Shown here piece by piece: positions 45,444 to 52,784 of a stretch of 53,288 nt of DNA; within the stretch, counting starts at the first letter, position 1, and the number at the start of each line of letters is the position of its first letter. The notes below the pieces were generated by a model. The model was not told the origin of the DNA, ran no database searches, and saw nothing but the letters and a program-made list of their open reading frames with translations. This stretch comes from a virus. Lineage: Duplodnaviria > Heunggongvirae > Uroviricota > Caudoviricetes. The stretch is from positions 1-53,288 of the IMG/VR virus record IMGVR_UViG_3300025133_006513; one strand, given 5' to 3'. The translations under genes and the position numbers were made by a program.

Positions 45444-46387
45444 CCATGTACAAATACCCTGAACTCACCCGCGATGACCCTGCGCACGTCCTTGGCTTGC
45501 TCGGATCACTCTGGACCCTCTATTATGGGGGGCGCGCCCCCCTTCTTGCGCTCGTGCAGGCTAATTTAGAGTTAATTAAGCAAAGTAAGCAGAACCTGGA
45601 CGAAGCAGCCGCGTGCGCGAGCCGCTTTACAGTCCCCCTTGCACATACCGAGGTTTGGACCCTATTTCAGCTCAAAGGCTCTGAATGCACCGAGAAATCG
45701 TTCCCAGCCCCGCCTGGACTGCTAAGTATGCCTGTGATGATGAATCGGATGACCGACGCCACGCTGATGCTGCAGGAGGGGATCGATTACCGCTTAAACG
45801 CTAATCGTCTAGAGTTCGCTAAAGACCCCTTTGAAGACGACAGAATCCCACAAATGGACGATACAGTGTACCTCTGGGGCTTCCGAGGCCTGTTTAATCG
45901 CAAATACGTCGATCGATCGATCAGTCACGCCATGAACGTCGTTATTTCGGATGCAACGCAGAAGAGATACCGCGATACCACCAACGCTATCACAAATTGT
46001 GCTGTCGGTGGCACCACAATCACTAATTTGACCGCTGTTTTGGCCACATACCTGGATATTCCGCTGGCTGACGGTGAGGAGGTCATAGAGGGCGTCGGAG
46101 AGGACCGCAGGGGGCGTTTCCTGATGACATCGCGGCACATAAGGCGGATGACGCCTGAAACCGTAGTAAGCCTCAAAACAGGCTCTCAGCCGCCCGCAGG
46201 GACGCCATTATTCGATTGTTTCCGTATTTTGGACGATTCTGAGCTCCCAACTACTAATTCGTCACAAATTAGTAGTAAATTAGTAGTTGAGCTCGCATCG
46301 CCACTGGTTACAGACGAATTGCAAGCAATACTGCACCGCGTGGTGCCCCCGCAGATAGGATTGGCGTTCGTATCGCCTGAGGAATAA
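45440..46387 (+). CDS. Baseplate wedge protein (gpI/gp7-like)
   Basis: Follows baseplate J; LGLLGSLW N-terminus and LHRVVPPQ C-terminus. Confidence 0.65.
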   Translation: MTMYKYPELTRDDPAHVLGLLGSLWTLYYGGRAPLLALVQANLELIKQSKQNLDEAAACASRFTVPLAHTEVWTLFQLKGSECTEKSFPAPPGLLSMPVMMNRMTDATLMLQEGIDYRLNANRLEFAKDPFEDDRIPQMDDTVYLWGFRGLFNRKYVDRSISHAMNVVISDATQKRYRDTTNAITNCAVGGTTITNLTAVLATYLDIPLADGEEVIEGVGEDRRGRFLMTSRHIRRMTPETVVSLKTGSQPPAGTPLFDCFRILDDSELPTTNSSQISSKLVVELASPLVTDELQAILHRVVPPQIGLAFVSPEE

Positions 46388-48390
46388 TGGTCAACCTAGA
46401 GTCCTGCTCACACTCAGAATTTTCCTACGACTGGAAAAGCCCCACCCCTGGCGATTCCAGCCTTAGTTTCCCCAATGGCGAGTGCTCATTCTGGAAATGG
46501 TGCCCATGTTGGCCGTACGAGTGGGATATATGCTCACGATCGTCCTCATCCTGTCCGATGGAGGACGTGACGAACGAAGGCTGCGACAGGGACGGTGCGT
46601 GGTACAACGTGTGCGGCGACGCGTGTCTCGGACCTCCGGGCTACGCAGGTACATTCTTTGGCGAAATGTCGATGATATGCCGCTGCCCGAACACGCAGCA
46701 TAACTCTAGCTCGTCATTGGTTCCCGATGACGGCGGAAGTTACTCTTGCCCTGTAGATTTCCCTGTGGGTGCCCCCTTTCCGTGGGATATGCACCGCTAT
46801 CCCACTGTAAACCAAGCAGAACAGGTGCCGCAGTACATTTTTCCGCCAGAACCGTGGGGCGAAGGCTCAAAAGGCTACTGGACGTGGTGTGCGAACGACG
46901 ATAATGACGAGGCGACGTATGTCGGTATGGGGCGATGCTTCCGCGCGTACGACCCCAATCGCGAAGAACCTTGCGACATCATCGACACGTATTGCCGTGA
47001 CGGTATGCTTGGCGGGAAACCAAAATACAGCAGCAGTAACGGTTGCTGGTGCGTGTGGTGGAACGGGTATTACTGGGTACTGTCTGCAGTGTGTAACGTA
47101 GCGTCGGGGGATGTCTGGATACTGGCACCAGAGAACGAAGACTGCCCGCTGGGCGAGTACACGCCACTCTCTGGTGACGCAGAAGGCAATATCCTGCTAA
47201 CACCCGACTGCGAAGATACAGATAAGTCGTTGACAGACTACGGCACAGGTAAATGGGTGTTCCGCGGCGGGCAGGAGCAACTAGGCCCGCCAAGTGATTA
47301 TGGTGTGGATGGCCGCTTTTACGGTGAGACAATCGCAGTAGGTTACTGCTGTGGCTCGTCCAGCTCACTGAAGGATGACTCAGAGTCATTTTCCTCGTCC
47401 AGTTTAAGCACATCCTGCTCGATGCCTGCTTATCCTTGGTTTGGCTGGGACGATAACCTTGAAGTATACCAAGCACCTGATAACGGTATTGTGGGCCTAG
47501 GTACTGGTGGCGAGGGTTGCGAGATACCTTACGGGTGTGCTGCGTGGTTGTGGTGCCAATGTAGCGACGGCCGGGCAAATAACTGTGCCACACACAACAC
47601 GGTGCCCTACACAGACCCAGGACGGTGGAAGCTCAACGAAGATTACGACATCATCGTCGAACCACAACAGCTGGCACACGGCGCCCCGCCAATACTCGGA
47701 CGATTCTTTGGTGAGATCTTGTGGTACTGCCCGTGCGATCACAGCGAGTCATCGCCATCTGTACCAATTAACTCGTCATCTTGTGGTGCTTTTGGCGGCT
47801 GTTCGATCGCCGATACCTTCACTGACGAGGACGATACCAGCATCCTCGACCATACGATGGACTCAGGGCACTCCTGGACAGCCGTCGAAGACCAAGCTGC
47901 GTTTATCGTAGGTAGCCGACTAGATATTGAATCAGGTGCTTTCCCGTCGCTGCATGATCACGGGTACTGGGTAGATTGTGGCAGCACTGTGCATGAGGTT
48001 TCAGGTGAGTTCGTGCTGAATGGCTGGCTGGTTGGGTTGATCGTGCGAGGCACAGGCACTAGGCCTGATTTTATAGCTGTGCACACAGAAGTAACCCAAG
48101 ATGAAATTTGTGTCTCTTCTGTGTCAGATGGCGGTGGTTACCTTGTTTACACCAATATCTACACCTACTCAATGTCGCTGAGTGCTGAACAATCGCTTAG
48201 CCTTCGTTGCCGCGTATGTAAGCATAGAATCAAGGTCTGGGCGGATGGCGACCTGGTGATTAATGAACCCACTACGCCGGCCATGTTCCCAGATACGGGC
48301 ACATGGGTGGGTATAGCCCACGATTGGAGCTCTGGTATTAATTGCTACGCCGACAACTTCTTCTGCAAAATCGGGTGTGAGGATTACTAG
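46387..48390 (+). CDS. Cys/Trp/Ser-rich tail fibre or receptor-binding protein with a C-terminal lectin-like beta-sandwich
   Basis: 667 aa with about 40 Cys; three GxF(F/Y)GE...CxC/CC...SSS modules; ConA/LamG-like C-terminus (GLIVRG...RIKVWADG...GTWVGI); located after the wedge genes. Confidence 0.65.
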   Translation: MVNLESCSHSEFSYDWKSPTPGDSSLSFPNGECSFWKWCPCWPYEWDICSRSSSSCPMEDVTNEGCDRDGAWYNVCGDACLGPPGYAGTFFGEMSMICRCPNTQHNSSSSLVPDDGGSYSCPVDFPVGAPFPWDMHRYPTVNQAEQVPQYIFPPEPWGEGSKGYWTWCANDDNDEATYVGMGRCFRAYDPNREEPCDIIDTYCRDGMLGGKPKYSSSNGCWCVWWNGYYWVLSAVCNVASGDVWILAPENEDCPLGEYTPLSGDAEGNILLTPDCEDTDKSLTDYGTGKWVFRGGQEQLGPPSDYGVDGRFYGETIAVGYCCGSSSSLKDDSESFSSSSLSTSCSMPAYPWFGWDDNLEVYQAPDNGIVGLGTGGEGCEIPYGCAAWLWCQCSDGRANNCATHNTVPYTDPGRWKLNEDYDIIVEPQQLAHGAPPILGRFFGEILWYCPCDHSESSPSVPINSSSCGAFGGCSIADTFTDEDDTSILDHTMDSGHSWTAVEDQAAFIVGSRLDIESGAFPSLHDHGYWVDCGSTVHEVSGEFVLNGWLVGLIVRGTGTRPDFIAVHTEVTQDEICVSSVSDGGGYLVYTNIYTYSMSLSAEQSLSLRCRVCKHRIKVWADGDLVINEPTTPAMFPDTGTWVGIAHDWSSGINCYADNFFCKIGCEDY

Positions 48391-48451
48391 CACCGGACCC
48401 TAGCACCCAGTAGACTGAGCTCTACGCTCATAGCCTTGCTTATCATGATTG

Positions 48452-48475
48452 GATTTTGTTCATGGGATCAAATTC
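48452..48475. promoter_or_regulatory. Palindromic operator-like motif, copy 4
   Basis: GATTTTGTTCATGGGATCAAATTC overlapping the glycosyltransferase start. Confidence 0.55.
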
Positions 48476-50459
48476 TCCCACACAGTTGTGCCTCCGTCTA
48501 GGATGTGCTCCTGGCGATATTACCTGCCTGTCTGCTTTGCCACGAGACATTGCCGCCACCTACCCAGGTAAGTATGAAATCCACATGGCGACGAACTGCA
48601 AGACGCTATGGGACCATAACCCGCACGTAGCGAGCAGTCATGCAAGAGATAGTCCGCCGCGGGGTATGCAACAGATCAAAGTGGAGTACGGGAAGTACAT
48701 CGCCCAAGCTAACAAGCTAAAGCTGCACTTCGTCACAGCCTTTCACCGAGAGTTCCAGGCGAAGACAGGCGTGGCGGTCCCAGTGCTACATAGCAAGGGT
48801 GACCTGCACTTACCGCCAGACAAGATGATCAAACCGCCAATCAGCGGACGTTACTGGGTTATTGTCCCAGGCCATAAGTCAGACTTCACAACTAAAGCAT
48901 GGTCAATGACGCGGTGGCAGCAGCTTGTCGACAAACTGCAGGATAAAGGCATACGTGTTGTGCAGGTGGGTGCTGATCACGGCGGGAACACCAACCCCAT
49001 GCTAGATGGCGTCCTGAATCTTGTGGGTAAGACGAACCTGAGAGACGCACTGTGGTTGATTAAACATGCCGAAGGTGTCATTTGCCCAATTACCTTCTTC
49101 ATGCACGCTGCCGCGGCGTTTGATAAGCCATGCATCTGCATCGCCGGCGGACGTGAGCATTGGTGGTGGGAGGCATACGTCAATGTCGAGGGCACTGAGA
49201 TCTTCGGCCCATATGCTCAGCCTGTTGTCATGCCACATCGCTACCTGCACACACAGGGCCAGCTAGATTGCTGTATCGATCGAGGCTGCTGGAAGAACAA
49301 GGTGCTCTCAAGCGAGCCAGACAAAAACAAATCGTATTGTAGATACCCAGAAGGTGACGACTACGGGCAGCAGATCCCCAGATGCCTGAAAATGATCACC
49401 GTTGACCACGTAGTGGAGGCTGTCATGAGCTATTACAAAGGTGGTGACTTACCACCAATCGGAAAACCAGGTGAGATTGTGATTCCCGACACCGCGGCAC
49501 CTCCGCGGCGGGTACTGGCCAACAAAGCAGTAGACCTATTTGCACCGGTCGGTGAGATTCTAGGTGCTGCCGACGACGTACCGACAGAAGCCAGCGTCCC
49601 TGAGCTCATCGAGGCGTTCGAAGGCGAGCAGAAGAAGCAAGCGAGCGGACCCAAACCTATCTCTGAGGATCCCTTTGACCACCCAATCATCGGTGGTTCC
49701 ATGACCATCTGCATCCTTATGTATGGTGACTACCCTGATATGCACCGGGCATGCCTTGGATCGATCCTCAAGACCACATCACCCCAGCGACGCGAGATTC
49801 GTATCGTCACCAACCAACTAGCGCTACCAACACGGGGCTGGCTGGATGGGCTCAAGGCTGAGGGTTCAATCCACACGCTGATCCACAATGATGACAACAT
49901 CAAGAAGTACCCAGCAATGCGACAGTTGTTCTGGGACGAGGAAAACCCAATAACAACCAAATGGATCACGTGGTTCGACGATGACTCGATCGCTAACCGT
50001 GATCCGCAGTGGTATCAGCACTTGGCACAGAAGATCATTGCTGACTACGGTAAGAAAGCCCGTATGGTCGGCGACCTGCGGTTCTGGACGATGAATCAAG
50101 CACAGCTAGCGTGGGCGAGGACACGGCCGTGGTGGACTGACAGGCATCTGCAAACCAAGCAGAAGACAGAGGCAGCCAGTGGCCAGCACATCTTCTTCGC
50201 GGCAGGGGGCTTCTGGGCGATCGAGACAGAGGCTATGCGGGAAGCCCAGATACCTGACCCGCAAATCGGACATAACGGTGGCGACTACATGGTGGCCCTC
50301 CAATTATGGCAGCAAGGCTATCGGACAGCCGCCTGGAACCACAATAAGAAGCACGTATTCACATCCAGTGTGGGCCGTCGCGGCTTAAATGAAATGCACA
50401 CCGGTATGGCTGGTTGGAAACCTGGTGGTGTTCCTAAGAACAAACGCGCTGCTGTATAA
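48462..50459 (+). CDS. Two-domain glycosyltransferase: GT9 (heptosyltransferase-like, GT-B) plus GT2-like (GT-A)
   Basis: N-terminal APGDITCLSALPRDI, KAWSMTRWQQLVD, LVGKTNLRD...IKHAEGVICPITFFMHAAAAFDKP; C-terminal TICILMYG, WFDDDS (DxD), GGFWAI, GGDYMV. Start uncertain (TTG 48456, ATG 48462 or TTG 48486). Confidence 0.85.
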   Translation: MGSNSPTQLCLRLGCAPGDITCLSALPRDIAATYPGKYEIHMATNCKTLWDHNPHVASSHARDSPPRGMQQIKVEYGKYIAQANKLKLHFVTAFHREFQAKTGVAVPVLHSKGDLHLPPDKMIKPPISGRYWVIVPGHKSDFTTKAWSMTRWQQLVDKLQDKGIRVVQVGADHGGNTNPMLDGVLNLVGKTNLRDALWLIKHAEGVICPITFFMHAAAAFDKPCICIAGGREHWWWEAYVNVEGTEIFGPYAQPVVMPHRYLHTQGQLDCCIDRGCWKNKVLSSEPDKNKSYCRYPEGDDYGQQIPRCLKMITVDHVVEAVMSYYKGGDLPPIGKPGEIVIPDTAAPPRRVLANKAVDLFAPVGEILGAADDVPTEASVPELIEAFEGEQKKQASGPKPISEDPFDHPIIGGSMTICILMYGDYPDMHRACLGSILKTTSPQRREIRIVTNQLALPTRGWLDGLKAEGSIHTLIHNDDNIKKYPAMRQLFWDEENPITTKWITWFDDDSIANRDPQWYQHLAQKIIADYGKKARMVGDLRFWTMNQAQLAWARTRPWWTDRHLQTKQKTEAASGQHIFFAAGGFWAIETEAMREAQIPDPQIGHNGGDYMVALQLWQQGYRTAAWNHNKKHVFTSSVGRRGLNEMHTGMAGWKPGGVPKNKRAAV

Positions 50460-50498
50460 TGTTCGAAACTCCCTAGTTCCTGCCAAGGAGGTCGAGGA

Positions 50499-50936
50499 AT
50501 GCCACTAGTATCATCATCCAGCTTTAGCTGTGCCGACGAAATCTGGTTAAGGATGAAACCTTACTTCCAGCGTGACTACACCGTAGGTACGTCTGTAGGC
50601 TTCCGCCTCAAGATAGTGGTTGAAGACTCCTGCGGTATCGATCGGGAAGTCTTCCGGTACTACCAGAAGCCTTTGAACCTGGAGGGCGTCCTTGAGAGTG
50701 TATTCTCTGGGGTATGCTCCTGGCCCGACCTCGTCGAGCTCCCTATCACCGAGCCTGAGTTCGATACCAGTCCTGCGGGGTTCAGGACCCGCGAGATCGA
50801 CATGATCGTGGATAGTGAGTCCATGGCTAACGCGATCTGGACGCTTATCAAGACACAGACAGACGAACTGGTACAGACGGTGAAGGACGGGCAATTGCTG
50901 GAAGCAGCAGCTGCTTATACTTCAACATCTATCTAG
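50499..50936 (+). CDS. Hypothetical protein (145 aa)
   Basis: AAGGAGG RBS; continuous ORF. Confidence 0.75.
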   Translation: MPLVSSSSFSCADEIWLRMKPYFQRDYTVGTSVGFRLKIVVEDSCGIDREVFRYYQKPLNLEGVLESVFSGVCSWPDLVELPITEPEFDTSPAGFRTREIDMIVDSESMANAIWTLIKTQTDELVQTVKDGQLLEAAAAYTSTSI

Positions 50937-50945
50937 AGGTAACCC

Positions 50946-51281
50946 ATGGCACGAATCGTATTACTATCGCACAACGTGATTGATCGTATGGTCAGTGATG
51001 TATCGTTCCATGAGTTCGCTGTGGCTGCTAACCCGCCCAGGCTCAAGAAGGCTATCGTCGTGGCCCGCACAGGCGGGTGCGGCGGTTGTCGGCGTAATAA
51101 GCGTAAGGCTGTGGCAAAGTCGCAGAAAGCGATCGGCGCAGTAGATTACAACGCATTCAAGCAGCAAGTCATAGCGTTACCGCCAGACCAGCTCGCAGCA
51201 CTCAAAGACAAGCTACAATGCACAGGCATCAAAGTGCAGGTCAGCGACCAACGCAAGACTATCCAGCGTAGCGTTATCTAG
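50946..51281 (+). CDS. Small basic protein with a CxxC motif (111 aa)
   Basis: GAGG RBS; GGCGGCRRNKRK. Confidence 0.75.
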   Translation: MARIVLLSHNVIDRMVSDVSFHEFAVAANPPRLKKAIVVARTGGCGGCRRNKRKAVAKSQKAIGAVDYNAFKQQVIALPPDQLAALKDKLQCTGIKVQVSDQRKTIQRSVI

Positions 51282-51285
51282 CCTC

Positions 51286-51311
51286 CGCCATCGTGAAGAA
51301 TGGCGTCTTTT
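51286..51311 (+). terminator. Terminator ending the structural operon
   Basis: CGCCAT-CGTGAAGA-ATGGCG-TCTTTT. Confidence 0.6.
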
Positions 51312-51318
51312 CGGGCAT

Positions 51319-51324
51319 TATAAT
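51319..51324 (+). promoter_or_regulatory. -10 element (TATAAT) of a probable new transcription unit
   Basis: Perfect TATAAT after the terminator; no good -35. Confidence 0.4.
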
Positions 51325-51398
51325 ATGAGCGTCGTTTAGTTCACGACGCGTGGTCTTAAGTTAGACCATAAGGAGCCCGACCCCCATGGAGGTATGCT

Positions 51399-51710
51399 AT
51401 GTCGTCGGAAAATCCAGAAAGTCTGGGATCCATGTACGGACTTCACCTCGAACCCCACCCGCAAGTTTCGCGAGAGTGTGAAGCGTTCGAAGTTCAAACC
51501 GATCGTGCGAAGTGCCTTATGTGCAACGCATTGGTGTCTAAGGGACTATACCCAGGACACGACGATCTGATTGAACAACCTGCCGTACAGGGATTAATCA
51601 CGGAGTTATTCTTAGAGTTGAGCACGGAGCTCGACAACACTGTTGCTATCGCATGTCCATTTCCGAAGGAGGAAATATGCACATTACTGAAAATACAGCC
51701 GCGGCTGTAA
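51399..51710 (+). CDS. Hypothetical protein (103 aa) with CxxC
   Basis: GGAGG RBS; KCLMCN. Confidence 0.65.
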   Translation: MSSENPESLGSMYGLHLEPHPQVSRECEAFEVQTDRAKCLMCNALVSKGLYPGHDDLIEQPAVQGLITELFLELSTELDNTVAIACPFPKEEICTLLKIQPRL

Positions 51711-51883
51711 CGCTCTGCCGGGCTTGTCGTACTGAGACTACTCCCGGGTCTCCATCCATCCAATCACCTGACGGTGCGGGATGGGCGTGTAGTCAAGAAT
51801 GCTCGAATAAATTAGAGGATGAGCACCTTGACGCACAGAATGCTGTCAAAGCAGTATTCGATGGTATCATTGACGGGATGTAA
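51677..51883 (+). CDS. Small zinc-finger-like protein (68 aa)
   Basis: Start re-called at ATG 51677 (AAGGAGG RBS); CRAC...CSQEC. Confidence 0.65.
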   Translation: MHITENTAAAVTLCRACRTETTPGSPSIQSPDGAGWACSQECSNKLEDEHLDAQNAVKAVFDGIIDGM

Positions 51884-51909
51884 ACTCGTCGCTACCGGGT
51901 GATTTATCG

Positions 51910-52236
51910 TTGAAAAACGACACATTATCCGGCATTATAAAGTGGTCGGACTTACTGCTGGTAAGTTGTGACATAGCCCCACGATACCCCTGTGTTTTTC
52001 TCCTTTATCACAGGGGTAGAGTGGGCATTTGGGAGTGTGGACCACACACGCTTCATACCAAGTTGTGTGGGGATCCTGGGTTCAAACCAGCACTCCCGCC
52101 TATTCCGCGGCATCGTATCAATTGCTCGGAATCATGGGATGGCGGTAACGTCGTAGTCTGTGTCAACTACATTGATGCGGATATCCCATCGGGACCTAAC
52201 GGACCCATGCTTACGTCGATGGGAACGTCGACGTAA
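51910..52236 (+). CDS. Hypothetical protein (108 aa), uncertain
   Basis: TTG start without a clear RBS; the stop lies inside a terminator-like hairpin. Confidence 0.35.
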   Translation: MKNDTLSGIIKWSDLLLVSCDIAPRYPCVFLLYHRGRVGIWECGPHTLHTKLCGDPGFKPALPPIPRHRINCSESWDGGNVVVCVNYIDADIPSGPNGPMLTSMGTST

Positions 52237-52242
52237 GTCTTT
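52210..52242 (+). terminator. Terminator-like hairpin
   Basis: CTTACGTCGA-TGGGAACG-TCGACGTAAG-TCTTT, 10-bp stem. Confidence 0.65.
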
Positions 52243-52336
52243 AGGTGCGCTCGTAGTAACTCTTCAATACGCCGTGCATTGATACGGAGATCCAGGTGGA
52301 AGTCCTGGGCGCACAGCTTTAACCAACCCCTGAAGG

Positions 52337-52369
52337 AAAGGAGACCACCTGTCAGTAGTCTCTTTTTTT
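52337..52369 (+). terminator. Terminator-like hairpin
   Basis: AAAGGAGAC...GTCTCTTTTTTT (GAGAC/GTCTC stem, 7 T). Confidence 0.5.
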
Positions 52370-52371
52370 AG

Positions 52372-52413
52372 AGCGTCACCCAGCTTGTAGTTGGGTGACG
52401 CTTGTTCTTTTCT
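52372..52413 (+). terminator. Long terminator-like hairpin
   Basis: AGCGTCACCCAGCT-TGT-AGTTGGGTGACGCT (14 bp, one G.U) followed by TGTTCTTTTCT. Confidence 0.7.
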
Positions 52414-52784
52414 CAATACCTGGCCGGCCGGTCCGGCACCCGCGAGGGTACTCGTCATGAGTGGGGTTCGTTACTCCGGACTCCGGGGAGGGTCGCAGGC
52501 GCCGCCCGTAGCGACATAGACAGGATCAACACCTGTAATGGAGTAACACTTTTCTACAAGCGTGTCCCGTTCGGGGTTCGTGGGGTTCGGTCCCCAGCAC
52601 GTTTCTGAGATGCCGTCGTGACAACGTCCAGTCAACTGCCGCTTGCGTGCGGTTGTTTGCCTTGAGACTGCAAGCCAGCCTAGCTCGCTTGCTCATGATC
52701 TCGCCGGGCGACGGCGTCTCTTTTTGTTTTTCAGGAGCCCTCGAAAGGGCTTTAGGTTCTCTCTTACGATATTGGAGGTATGCC

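Noticed and set aside
46266-46287. AAATTAGTAGT x2 as a phase-variation switch in the wedge gene
   Set aside because: One or three copies would give an immediate stop, but only two copies are present and the downstream C-terminus looks functional. Without read-level length variation this is more likely incidental.
28106-48390. Extracellular contractile injection system or T6SS rather than a phage tail
   Set aside because: Linked capsid, protease, scaffold, neck proteins and a G/GT frameshift indicate a DNA-packaging virion.
48410-48430. Mutually exclusive hairpins (GTAGA/TCTAC vs TGAGC/GCTCA) as an RNA switch
   Set aside because: Only 5-bp stems, which are easily produced by chance.
52264-52458. 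Minus-strand 64 aa ORF
   Set aside because: It lies across stacked hairpins, has no clear RBS, and no other minus-strand gene is supported in the window.
52470-52547. Canonical tRNA gene
   Set aside because: No GTTCRA T-loop in position, no D-arm consensus and no 7-nt anticodon loop with U33; retained only as an unclassified structure.
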